Assembly: GCA_003971905.1 (NCBI GenBank)
Contig: RSEE01000044.1
Coordinates: 1-64,000, forward strand
Direction of reading: 5' to 3'
DNA: 64,000 nucleotides
Source: Moniliella sp. 'wahieum'
Taxonomy: Eukaryota
Shown here: piece after piece, positions 1 to 12,216 of the stretch
Layout of the letters: every line of letters starts with the position of its first letter
Position numbering within the stretch: the stretch's first letter is position 1
Position numbers and translations under genes: made by a program
The notes under the pieces: model-generated
The model's input: the letters and a program-made list of their open reading frames with translations, nothing else
Databases searched by the model: none
What the model was told of the DNA's origin: nothing

Positions 1-12
1 TAACCCTAACCC
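1..12 (+). repeat. Two telomere-type TAACCC units at the window edge
   Basis: Window begins TAACCCTAACCC. Only two copies are visible, and they abut FAR11 coding sequence. Confidence 0.3.
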
Positions 13-2513
13 GCTCCCATCGGTACGGGAACGCCAGCGCCCACTCCGCCTCCCTCGCCACCACCTAAGAACAAACAAAAGTTCCAGACCGATCAGCGGC
101 GTCCCTTTGTCTTTCCTTTTACGGCGTCGGTACAGGCTGGGAGGACAGTTCCGTATGCTGTGGACGAGGCAGCGGATCTCTACAAGCGCCACATGCACAT
201 TGCTACCGAGTTATGGCAGACGTGGCGCACGCGCGAGGAGGCGATTCAGGAAGAGCGCGGCGTCGGCGAAGACCAAGCTTGGATTCACTCATATCAGGTC
301 GCGTCAGGCCCGCATGCGCGGCACATGCACGAGCGTTTGGCTGAACATGGCGCCTACATGGCATCGCGCACTGAAGAGAAGCAGGAGAGTACGCAGACAA
401 GCGAAAGGCAGCACCCCCAACCTGGGTATGTCTGTGGTGTCCGTCTCCAGGGTCGCGGTGAACCCACGCTATCTCTTCTCACCCAACTCGAGGAGGAGCT
501 CTCGGCCGAGGCGAAACGTGTCGAGGCAGACCATTCACTGGCAGTTCTGGATTCGGACAAGTATGTGGAACTGCTCCATGTCCTTGGCCGGGTGCGAGCT
601 GATGTGCGCCGACTGGCACGGGTGGAACAGATCTATTGGTCTATGCAACCCCAGTTGCCTTCGGCTGTGATTGTGTTGCTCAAGCTTTTGCTCGCCACCG
701 TCACAGCACAAGGCAACCCGCAGACCAGCTCGCCGCATGAGCGAGCGATGCAGTCGGGCATGACAGCCGAGGAAGCACCACTTCCCACTCTGGAGGATGT
801 GGACGTAGCCCGGCACCGCGAGATCACAGCTAAGGCCATTGCTGCGATTTTGTTGTGGCTCCTCAAGTGGTTCAAGGCATCGCACGCGATCAAGTTCCAT
901 TACCTGTCCCTCCTCCTGACCGATTCCAACTGTCTCTTGCTGATTCTCAAGATGTTCTCTTCGCACGAGGTGGCACAGTCTGTCTGCACTATCAACGAGG
1001 CGCCACTCTTTAACTTTTTCGAGTACTGCGCTACTTTTTGTGGTCCGAACGGTCGCATGCTCCAGCCCGAAGACTCTATTGTCAAGCAGCCTTTCCGCCC
1101 GGGAGGATATGTCCCTCCTCCCCGGGAGAGGGAGAAGAAGGAGAAGGAGTATACCAAGAGCCGGAGTATAGCTTCCGCAACTTGTTTGCTACCATTGCCT
1201 TTACTCGTATCCTGCAGAAGCTCACCAAACGACGTGTACACCGCATCCTCCTCCTCGTTCAGTACAAGTCATCCGCGATTCTTAAGCGGAGCCTACGTGT
1301 GTCGAATGGTGCCGTTCAGCGGTATGTTCTCAAGATCCTTCGGTCCCAAGTCCCATTTTGTGGTCGCAAGTGGCGCCAGAGCAACATGAAGGTCATCACT
1401 GCCATTTACCTTGCTCTCACCCCGAACCTGCGCAACGAGTGGCTTGCTGGCGCTGATGTCGACACGGATATTAATAATTCGGTCCCGCAGGAGCAATCGC
1501 TTCGCTCCCTGATCGGATTCTACAACGGCTTAAAGTCTCGGGTGGGAAGGAAGAACGGCACAGCCCTCTTGAAGAAGGGCAAGAGGGGGCCGAGGCCTAT
1601 GCAGCTGAAGGTGCACCTCCGCGGCGTACTTCCGGTGATCGTGCGGCTGCAGGTTCATTCTTTGGCTCGGAACTGTTGCCTCCGGTGCGGAGAAACGCAG
1701 AGCCAACGGCCGGCAGTCTGCGTTATATCCCCGACGATGTGGTGGAGGGTTATTTGGACAATTATGAGGATGTGCTTGGGGAAGTATTTGGCTTGCCCTC
1801 GACCGAGGAGGGGATGCACCGGAATGGCCCGGTTGAGTGGGGTTTGACCCCTCAAGCTGCTGAGGCTGCATGGGCCCGCCTGGGGGAGATCCTGGGCGAC
1901 GACCCACCCTTTAGCGATACCGAATCGGTCTCATCTGTCAGCCAGTCAGTGCCCCTCGCCAGCGATCCCCCTGAACTTCCTGCCACGGCGTCCGGGCCGG
2001 GATCGCCAGCAGGCATACCAGAGGATAACCCCGCTGTGGCGGGAGCGATGGAGCATGCCTTGGCCCCGCTCAAGGACGAGAATCGAAACGAGTGGGAGCA
2101 CCTTTCGCCTAAGGAGATGCGCTTCCTTTCCCACTCGGTTAACCCTCCTTGCTTCGCCTTCCTATACGCGCAGGAGGGTGTCCCGCGGGGCTGTTCCAGC
2201 CAGCCCAGGCACCAGCCCTGGCATCGGTGCCGCTGTTACTCTTGGCCCGCCGAACCCTGGCCAAAGTCCCGGTTGACGTTTGGTCCGTCTCCGCGCACGT
2301 TAGGAATCGGGTCCTCTCCCTCCTCTCACCTCTCGCCTGCATCGCGCGTTGCGCCCGGTGCTCCCATTCAGTCTGGAGGAGCTGGAGCGGGAAGATGCGC
2401 TGGACTTGGGCGAGGCTGATACCGATGCCCAGGAGGACAATGGGTTTGTGCCGCCGTTGGCAACTCCCAAGGAAGGAGGGATCGATGAGGTGGAACATAT
2501 CTTTGGAGCGTAA
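13..2513 (+). CDS. FAR11: STRIPAK subunit Far11/STRIP (N1221/DUF3402 family), 5'-truncated, frameshifted in assembly
   Basis: Motifs TPAPTPPPSP..KQKFQTDQ, RHREITAKAIAAILLWLLKWFKASH, LLLVQYKSSAILKR, QVPFCGRKWRQSNMKVITAIYL; ends IDEVEHIFGA* (TAA 2511-2513). Split over several frames. Confidence 0.9.
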
Positions 2514-2769
2514 CTGGCTTTTCCCTAAGGGGTAAGCCAAAACGCTCTCTCTTTCCATGTCCTGGTTCGTCTCTCCCACTAAACCCCACCTTTTCATCCA
2601 ATCCCATGACTCGTTTCTGTCCATTCGATCGTAGCCACAGGGTCCTGGTAGCGGGGGGGGAGAGGTATTAGGTTTTTGTCCAAACCTCTCCTGCACACCC
2701 AACAGCCTCCCGCCCCGCTGGTGAGCCTACAAGCGTCGACCTTTCGTTTTTTTGTAAGAGCGCATGGTG

Positions 2770-3720
2770 CATGGCCTATAACTTGATCCGCGTTGAAACG
2801 CGAAAGGAGCGAAGACCAGAACAGGCGAGGCACCGAGGAGTCCAACGAGCGCTGGGAGCTGCCATAATGCATAAGTCCTGTTGCCATAACCGCGGACTAG
2901 TGAGATTGAGAAGGCGAGATACTACTTGGCCACGTTCAGTGGCGTTCCTGGCATGAGCGCGAGGGCCACCGGTTTCTTGTACTTGAGTTGGACCAGTTCA
3001 GTATTCTCCCTGGCCCTCTGGGGGTGAGATCCATACCCTGGGGCTCCAAGTGTTACAACAGAGCAGTGGTCCCTGTAGGACTAGTAGGATAAACTAAGAA
3101 AAGCCATTAGCGCTTGTTACCGTCGATAGTACTAAATGCATTGGAGCCAATGAAAGCGCTATTTTTTTTCGCAACCGGCGCTCGTTTCAAAGCTAGTTGA
3201 ACCAGTTCGGTGTCTTCCCTAGCCCGTCGGACCCGAAGAAGAGAGGGAGGTCGCCGCAGCCAGTGACCAAACGTTCTCTAAACTGTGGCCGCACTGCGAG
3301 ATTGTTCCGTCGATGGTCACTTAGCAGTCGTGCTTTCGCTCGCAGCCTCCAGTTTGCCTTTGGCCTTGCCCGTATGCTCGTACGGACCTGTGCGGAGGAT
3401 CCAGTTGATGGAGAGGGTCACCAGGCTTACTCGGCCACCTAAGTATACTTGGACCGCATTCGGCCTCTCTCATCCAGAGAGTATGTACAGCCCCCCTTTC
3501 GCCACGTCGTCTGATGCAGCTGGCCGATACGCAATGTACGCCAAGTAGGGGCTAGGTACCCATATTTCGGGTGCAGCCCGTCGGGACGCTCGCGGGAGCG
3601 TCCTTCCCTGCCTCGTCCCAACGTGCTCCGCGTGTGCGCCGACAGCAGCAGCGTAAATGGCCTGGAATGGCCAACGCGCTACGGCCAAGCGGAGACGCGG
3701 TGCTTACGTATACACCGCAT
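2770..3720 (-). other. Probable unidentified or decayed gene with an internal repeat
   Basis: Two minus-strand copies encoding RAREDTELVQL / RARENTELVQL differ mainly at third codon positions. A GCTAAT..TTAG acceptor-like signal lies near 3095-3112. No continuous ORF. Confidence 0.3.
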
Positions 3721-3859
3721 GGTGTGCTCAGACAGTGATACCGGCTGGCAGCACGGGGGCAGTGCTGGGGGCGGCAGCGGAGCTGTGCTGAACAAACGCA
3801 ACGCCGCTCGCGTCTCGATTGCCGCGTCGCCACCACCACGTGCCGTCTTCCTCCGCGCC

Positions 3860-5818
3860 ATGGCTGCCTTGTCGCCCGCGTCGCCCGCGGCGCCGTCAGC
3901 CGCGCTCCCGGCGCCCCGCGTGCCTGAATGCTTTGTGTGGGACGACGCGTTCTGGGGCCACATATCCCACGTCGCCGAGGCGGACCCCGGCGCAGAGTAC
4001 TACCTCACCGCAATCCCTTGGCCTCGTCTGTGTGCTGCGCTCAAGTTCCAGCTCCACGCCATCCTCTTCGACCTGCCTGCTCCCCAGCCCCCGAAGGAGG
4101 CGCTGCAGAGCGACTATCCGTCTCTCTACCCACCCAACGCTGCTGTAGGCACCGCCGCCACCACCGCCACTGCCACCGAGCTCCCCCGCAGGCCAGCCGA
4201 GTGGCCTCTCCGTCTCGGAGGGCACTCTCCCTCGTGGACGCGGGTTTCCATCCCGCCCTCTCCCCACCTTGCACACCGCCCTCGCCACCCGCCCTGAATA
4301 CCGCCGCTACTTTCCTCCCTATCCCTCCGACCCTCCCGTTCCCGAAAAGGAGCCGTCCCCCCAGTCTGCTCCAGAGGTTGCCGCCTCCGCCGCCCTGGCC
4401 CTTCAAAATCGCTTCACTGTCTCCGTCCCGCGGCGCGAGGAGGAGCCACAAACCCTCGATCCGCAAGAAACAGTGCGAAAACCTCCTTCTGTTTTGGAGA
4501 TGGCGAGGGACCAAGGTTTGGACGTACGCCCGGGCGACCTGGACCGTTTCTACCCTGCACCGCTTCTACCGCCCCCGGGCAACAACGCGTCTTGGGGCCG
4601 CACCTTCAACCCAGATGAAGTAAGCGGAGAATATGGACTGCTCTGCGATATGCTGGACGAGTTCTTGGGGGAAGAAGACCCCCTGCCTCCGTTTACAATC
4701 CAGAGGTTGTGCGAGTTGGTGCTCGAACCTCAGCGGTGGTACACCTCACTCCCTAAGTACGTGTATGCCGTCAAGCGTACTCTCGCCGTCTCGCGCAGAG
4801 GGGCCTTTCCGGCCCCCGAGGCGGAAGATTCCGAGGCAAAAGAGGTGCACGGGGAAGTGCCAAGGGAGGAACGGGGCGTTGAGGAGGCACTGGATATTGC
4901 GCACCCAGAACCTGAGCCGCCTCTGCGTGCCATGAGCCTCCCCCCGGTGGTCTGGGCTCCCCCCACCCCAAACGCCTTCGCACACTCTCCAATGCGTCCG
5001 CCGTGCCATGGCATCGACCCAAAACACAGGAGCCGCTCTGGGTACCGATCCCTTTCCTCCGCACCTCGTCTGAGGAGGACGCCCCGCCGCCACCATCGGA
5101 GGACGAGACCGCGACTACGGCACCCGTGGGCCTCAAGCGCACCTTGGAGGAGGAAGAAAGCAGCCCCCCCAAGCGGGCTAGAGTTGACACGCCCCTTGCC
5201 TGGACCCCCACCTCCAACACCGGGATCCGAGATGGCGACCTGGGTGTGCCTCCCGGCCAGGTCGATGAGGTGGACGACCTGGATGCGCATACCCGTGCTC
5301 AGGCCAAGGGGCTGCAAGCCCGCCCCGCTCCGGCGGTCCCTCTCTTAGCAGATCCGGGTCATGAGCAACCTTCTCTAGCCCCAACTTTGCAGGTTGAGGG
5401 GAGCAACGACCTGACGCTGGCCGAACCTAGACCTGAAAGTTCGGCCATGATTGAGTCAGCCAACGAGAAGGTGGGAGAACCCTCCGAAGGTTCCCGTGAG
5501 GTGGAAGCATCCCATGAGGTGGAGCAGGTCTCCACTGACATCAAGTCTGACGACCCGCACAGGACGCCTACACAGCCGGAAACCGAGGGAGCCCCTCCCA
5601 CGGAAACTTTGGAAGGTCGTGTGTCTGTAGCGAATCCGACTCTGGATGAAGCTGCCTCCCAGGAATCCCAGCCTCCTCCTAAGGAGGATCCGGTACGGAA
5701 AGGCTTGGTTTCCACTTCTCCCAACGAGGAATGTGTGAAGGAGGAACCCAGTTCTGCGCCCGACGCTGACTCTAGCACGGGACAGCCCGCGCCCGGGTCG
5801 GCATCGGCGACTGATTAA
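3860..5818 (+). CDS. Protein phosphatase 4 regulatory subunit 2 (PPP4R2/Psy4-like)
   Basis: PPP4R2 core motif PPFTIQRLCELVLEPQRWYTSLPKYVYAVKRTL followed by a long acidic low-complexity tail. Frameshifts near 4290 and 5000. Confidence 0.8.
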
Positions 5819-5930
5819 CTTAGTTGGGTCCTATTGGCGTCCCTAATATATGACACGTCTCCTCTGCCGGTCTATCCAAGGGAGTACAGGAAACAGAGTA
5901 GATTGCAGGGGATAGACATAATGGGCAAGT

Positions 5931-6844
5931 TTAGGTCCAAAGCCGCATGCTTGTGGTCATTCCTCTTTGTGTGCCGTTTTGGTCTTGTTCTTGTTCTTGT
6001 TCTTGTTCCTGTTCTTGTTTCTCCACCATTCCTTCATCGTCTTCATCTGTCCTGGCTATAGTCTTCGCCCTCATCCTTATCCCGATCCACATTGGCCCGG
6101 CTAGCCTGACTGCGTAGTTTCTGCGCCACCATATAGGCCCCAATTCCTCCCTCAATAATCACTGCAGCATGCTGCTCGACCGCCTGTTGGGCCTGCGCCA
6201 CCATGCGGGCTTCCCCCATGCTTCGGTATCGATGTGGGGCGCATCGAATGAGAGCGGGAGAAGAACAAAAGCCCCGCGACTTTGGTCCCGGGGCCTGTGC
6301 CGCACTGTCGGCATTTTTCTGTGGCTATGGTAGATGACGCAGATGGCCCTGCTTGCCCGCCATGTAGGCCGGCTGCGGGGTCGAGTGGAGGCGCTTGTGC
6401 GGGCCCTTAGCTGCCGGGCATCCCCTTTAGCCCCGGTCCTTTCCCGCCCTGACTGTACGTGCTAGTAGTACCGAGAACTTGAAGCTCTGAATGGCATGAC
6501 CCTCATCCTCTCGCAACCCATATCCACCACCACGGTGTTCAAGGAGACCATGGCATGCGTCGTTTCAGCCTTGGTGCGGTGCAGCGTGTGCCGGTCCTTG
6601 ACCCCGTCGCAGCTGCGGAAGGCCAAGAGTACGCTGATGGGTCCGGTCCACAGCAACAGGTCGCGCAAGTCGAAATTGGGTTTTCCGTGCGGTTGTTAGA
6701 GCCCGCCGGGATGTACGCTGTGGTCAGAAAGAGGAGAAAATCTCACGACCTGCAACACGGACTCACACCGCAAAATCTTCTGCCGCAGAGAGAGATGGAC
6801 TCGAGTTCAGCTTGGCGAAGGAAACAGGTACGTTGATCACACAT
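5931..6844 (-). CDS. Hypothetical protein with acidic/EQ-repeat C-terminus
   Basis: Textbook minus-strand intron (GTGAGT...CTGAC..CAG, ~6718-6766); ORF fragments end in DEDDEG..KQEQEQEQ. No family recognised. Confidence 0.35.
5982..6019. repeat. (TTCTTG)n microsatellite, short
   Basis: About 6 imperfect hexamer units. Confidence 0.85.
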
Positions 6845-6989
6845 ACGCGAACGTTTCTTCTAGGGGCTACCACTGCACTGCCTTTCTATCGTGCCACCCA
6901 TGCCAACACACATGCAAATAGCAGTAAGATTCTATGCAGAAAGAGCACATTGATGAGAGGTAATAACCCAATCAGAAAGGATCATGAGC

Positions 6990-8940
6990 TCAAGCAATCA
7001 GCTTCAGGTCCTTTTCTAACTGGGTCACCGCGATAGGGTGGTAGAACGCACGGGCCTCGTCGAAGGTGGAGCGTGCCAGGTCCTGGTCCAACTTGAACAG
7101 GGCACGGTAGATGGGGCGCGCAAACTTCATCCGCCCCTGGGTCTGGACCCACTTAGCTGCCTGTAGAGTAAACTCAGACTTTTCCTCCTCGAGTGCCACC
7201 TCGAAGAAACGAAGGAGGATCTCGCCATTGGTCTCTTACTCAATTCGTAGACCTCGTCCAGCTCTTTCACAATGGAGAGGGGGACCTGGGGGCCAGAGTG
7301 CAAGCGTTCGAGGAAGACCACGACCTGGTTGGCATTAAAGTCGGCCACATCACCCTTGACAAACTCCTCGTTTGCCTTCTTGCTTGAGCCCGCTGCAATG
7401 GCCCGCTGCCAGCGCTGCGCCAAGGCAAAGGCTTGCACAGCGAGGGTATCATCATAGTAAGGGGTCATGTCGATGGGCAGCTGCTCCCCTCACCATGCAG
7501 CCAGGCCTCCCACTCAACCGATTTGAGCTTACCCAAAATCTGGGGTTGGACTCAAAGTAGGTGAAAAGGTGGGTCTGCCACTCGGTGGGTGACGGAGCGG
7601 TCGAAGAAGGCCTTGAAATACGCCTTGACATAGGGAAGGAAGACGTCCAAACCGCCGACCAGGTGCTCAAGGTAGAGAAGCAGGTTGCTTCCCTTTTCAT
7701 ACGGGATGGAGCTAAAGGCATCATCGGGGTCCTCAAAGCCGTGGAAGACAGGCACCAGACGCTGGAAGCGAGGGTTGTTCCGGAACTCGGCCAGCGCATC
7801 CTGTAGCGCCTTGGCACCAATAATGTACGAGAAGCCGCGGGCAGCGCGGCCATCGGCGGAGTTGTATCCGCCATGCACTTCCTGGAGCACGAGGCGTTCG
7901 AGATACACGGTCCAGGACTCGTTGCACCAGAACGAGGGCCAATCGGCACAGGAAGTCAAATTGCCCGCCCACGAGTGCATCAGCTCGTGAGCCACAACGT
8001 CCGTCAGGCTCCGGGTGCCAGTGATGAGCGAAGGCGTAAGCGTGGTAAGGTTCGCGTTCTCCATCCCACCCATAGGGAAGGAGGGGGGCAGGATGACGCA
8101 GTCGTACCGGGTCCACGAGTAGGGGCTCACCAGCTTCTCTGCCGCAGTAAGGAACTTCTCCGCATCCGCTTCGAACTCCCACTGCGCCTTGTCCGCCAGT
8201 GGCGGTTCCGCGTACACCCCCGTGCGCGGGCCCAGGGTCCGGAAGGCAACGTGGCCCCCGAGAATGGCAATCAGGTAGGTGGGGATGGAGATCTTCTGCT
8301 CAAATGTGTACTCACGCACCTCGGACGAGGCGTTGAGTTCGGCCCCGTATTTGTGCCCGTGGGTAGGCAGGGCAGACATAAGCACCGGGATGTCCGACTT
8401 GACCGAGGAGGTGTAAGTCAACTTGTATGCCGGCGTGTCCTGGCACGGCAGGAGGGAGCGCCCATGGATCGCCTCGCACTGGGAATAGAGGAAAGGGGCA
8501 GTCTTGCCTGCAGTTTGATCTTTGGTCAGCCAGCCGAGAGCGGTGCACTTGTCGGTGGTCGAGTAGGTGATAGCCACCTGAGGAGTTGCACCCTTTTGCC
8601 ACGAGGCTCACGTGCAGCGCCGCGCCCAGCCGGCCCTTGCGCGAATCGATGGTAAAAGTAGCAGGCTTGCCGTCAACCTCGACCGACTCGATAGCCAGGT
8701 AGGAGGTGTCAAAAATAGCCTCGGTCACGCTGTCAGCAGTGACGAGCATGCTGTGGGTGACGGTGCCTTGATAAGCTGAGCAGACCAGTCGATGGACCAG
8801 GCAATGTGCGTGTGGCGTGTGCGGATGTCCTTGGGGTTGGAAAGAGTGTGCTTGTCCTCGCGCGGGAGAAAGGGGCCCGGGATAGCGTCGGGCGGCGGGG
8901 GGGTCCAGCCCTGGAGAGCAGAAGCAGGCACAGCGGACAT
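6990..8940 (-). CDS. LTA4H: Leukotriene A4 hydrolase / M1 aminopeptidase
   Basis: SQCEAIHGRSLLPCQDTP, FPMGGMEN, zinc motif HELMHSWAGN, DDAFSSIPYEKG, C-terminal QGRMKFARPIYR. Confidence 0.95.
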
Positions 8941-9439
8941 GGCGCGTAGATGGGGGACGAGGGGGGCGGCGAGGGCGGAGGGAGGAGACGAGGCAGACCG
9001 AGAGGGCAGGCGGGCGCGGAGGCCAATGGGCAGCACGGGCGGGGCGGGAGGAAAGGTCGGGGGGCGGAGGAGGTGATGGAGGCAGGAAGGGGGGACAGAA
9101 GGCGGCGCATAACCCTTCTGGCGCTGGGACTGACTATCGCGGGTGGTCGAACATTCGGCCCACATGGTACCACAGCCATTGCGCCCTCCTGGCGCGTGGT
9201 GCGGGTGGCACGCGTACGTAAGCACCCCTGCGCCAGCTCGCGTCGCACGAGCAGGCCAGGCCGCAGGGCAGCCACGTGCACACCCATCCACGTTCAACTT
9301 TCAGCCCAGGCAAATGCCACATTTCAGTTTCCAGCCGGACGCGTGGCAGCCCTAGCACCCACATTCGTCTTCCCAAGTGCCATCCGCCACGGAGGCCCAA
9401 TTCCGTTTCGCCACTGGAGAGGTCGCAGTCACGTGCAAT

Positions 9440-11790
9440 GTTCAACCTGATTAATGATTACGCGTTACGATTAGGCCTGCATGAACAAGGCCTTAAGGCT
9501 TAGGCCCCTATAAAAGCGCTAAGCGCGTACAACCTGTTTATTAGCGCGCGCGCGTTTAGCTCTCCTCCCATTCTTCTGACGGCAGGTTGGGCCGCAGATT
9601 CGACTGTGCATCCACGGTGCCCCAGTCTTACAACAATCGCTTTGGCTATATACCACCAGGCACCCGAAAAAGCGATTGGCTGCGGCGGGGCAAAAAGAGG
9701 CAGGCCCAGGGTCCAAGGAAGAAAAGGACGGGGCATGATGCATGATGTGCATGATGCATGATGCATGATATATGACGCCTGACCGGTGACCTATGTACGT
9801 GGCCAGGGAGTTATACGGATCTTTCCAAAAGTGTGTGCTTGCCTCCTTCTTTTGGCGGCATCCGACGTTGTCGGCGAAGGGGCAGCTTACGAGCGCATTT
9901 TCAGGAATGCCAGCGAACCAATGCTGAACGTTCAAGTTGAACGTTCAGTTGAACGTTGAACGTTGAACGTTGAACCCTTGAACCTTGAACCTTGAACCTT
10001 GAACCTTGAACCTTGAACCGTGAAGAGCTTGAAGGTGGAGAAGTGTTGAATCAACGTTGACGTTGACGACGTTGAACGTGAAGTTGACGTTGACGACGTT
10101 GAACGTGAAGTTGACGTTGAACCAACGTTGAATCAACGCATGAACCATTGCATGCATGAGCTCGATGAGATCGATGAACGACGAGATCAATGATCAATTG
10201 AACACCACGTATCACACATCCATTCAATCCTCGCCTGGTCTATCCTTGATCGTGATCGTTATCAGGGTGCAGGGGAGAGTGGTCAGTTTGAGACCCGCCA
10301 TCGGGAAAATAGAGTGCTGCCCCTTTGCTGCGTGGGACGGGGTGCAGTCTCTGCAGGAACAGAGGTGGAGGGGCGGAATGCGGCAGAGGGCGGCACAGAA
10401 GGCTGCAGAGCTGCACCGTCCGCAATGTGTATCAGGCCAATTAATAATTGGCCCTCCGTTCGGAGGACCGATTCGGACCAAACCCGCTCATGGACAAGTC
10501 GGGCAAGTCCGGGAAGTCCGGGCTAGCAGTACCGTATCTGCATGCGCACCCTGCCGCCCATCCTCTCCTTCCGGCCTTAGCGCTTAGCGAGCTCGCGCTC
10601 ATCTACAAATTCATAACGCAGACCCCTTTTACTTACGTAAAATTACACAAGCATGCCACCTGGCACGTTTCACCCGGCGCGTTCCAGGCGGGCGCAGCCA
10701 GGCGGATGCACATGGGTGATAAATTCCGCCCGAGGCGTAGTGGTGAATACTATTCCGCTCTCCACGTGGAACGGTGGACCGGTGGCTACGGTGGCGACGG
10801 GGGAGCGGTGGCTAAGGTGGCGAGCAAGCACAAAGCACACCAAGCTGGGGCGAAGCCCCAGCTGACCGGGCCGTAGGCCCGGTGGTCTTCTAGTTCTCTG
10901 AAAACGCACTATCAGTGAGAGGGAAAGCCAGTGTGGCACCATACATGATGCATGATGCATGATGGGGTCGCAGTCTGAGAGCGAATAGTGCAGCTCATGA
11001 TGCATGACCGGTGACCGGTGACCTGAGGCCTGAGGGCCTGATGATGCAGATGATGGGCCTGACGCGCTGACGGCTCGATGATCGATGTTGGCCTCGAGGG
11101 GCCTGTTGCATCACATGTTAGGGCATGGAACAGGGGGCACAGGATTAGCGCAGGGCGCAAGGAAGGAGGATACTAGATCATCGATGTTAGATATTAAATT
11201 TAGGCATTCTGCTGGGCCTTAAACTTAAAGCTTAAGCTGCCAGCATATCATGATGCATGACATTCAAAGTATATAACTTGTAGCTCTTGCAGTATGATTC
11301 TACGCTACACCCATCATGCATCGCTGTCACATGCGTCACATACCAGATCACACAGATTTGATTAGGCTCTGAGATCTGACCCTCGGCCTGAGACTATCTC
11401 AGATCTCTGAGAATTGAATATTGAAGCTATTGAATTTCTTGAAGATACGTGGGACGCTTTGACGATCAATTGGGTTAACGCCAAGTTGACTATAGATGGT
11501 CGATTTCGATGCGACGCAATTATGCATGACACGATGGATTCAAGAAAGCGTGATGCGCATGTGACTTGTCATAGATGTCATGCATCATGCGCATCATGCG
11601 ACACATGTGAACCGCATGCCCCCAAGAAGAAAATACGAGGGGAGTGTTCCCGTCTGCAGTGGTTGGTGAGCTCACCGGTCGCCTAGTAACCCAGTAGCGG
11701 GCGGGTGACTAGTAGCCAGTCACATGCAAGTCACAGTCACTAGTAACTAGTAACTAGTAACCTGTGACCCGATGACCTCACCGAAGGGAC
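9440..11790. promoter_or_regulatory. Long divergent LTA4H/PMA1 intergenic region packed with 7-bp-periodic palindromic arrays
   Basis: (TGCATGA)n 9734-9770 and 10943-10962; (TTGAACG/C)n 9925-10020; (TGACCGG) and TGAGGCC ~11005-11040; (TAACTAG)n 11737-11760. Confidence 0.75.
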
Positions 11791-12216
11791 AGCCGCGTGC
11801 GTCTTGTTAGTCTGCCGCGTAGAAGCGCACGGGCCGTGCGACACTGGCGCCCGCTGCAGGCCGATCGAACGAACGTGCAGTAGAGTTCGTCGGCAATGCG
11901 AAGAGCGCTTCCGTGCCTGATCCAACGCTGGCAGCACGGGGGCAGTTGCTGGTCCCTCGCACTAGCCCCCACGCGACACCGGCGGCGCTCATCCACTCAC
12001 TGGCACACTGACGTCGTGCCCACCCAAACAACGGATGTAGTTGCTCAAGGCAAGAATGTTGCCGTGCTTATAAGCCCACCGTCTCCGCCAGATTTGGGCG
12101 GACGTCTCTCTCCCGCCACCCCGACTACCCCCGCCCCCCCACCACCGCCGCGCCCTGCCGTCCGGCCGCGCTCCCCGCCCGCCTCCCACCCACCCCGCTC
12201 CGCAGGCATTCCGACC

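Noticed and set aside
7873..8655. Long antisense ORFs such as the 260-aa ORF opposite LTA4H, and similar ones opposite PMA1 and MAK21
   Set aside because: Shadow ORFs expected from GC-rich codon bias; no recognisable domains.
9925..10140. CRISPR-like array
   Set aside because: Short tandem 7-mers without unique spacers, no cas genes, eukaryotic context.
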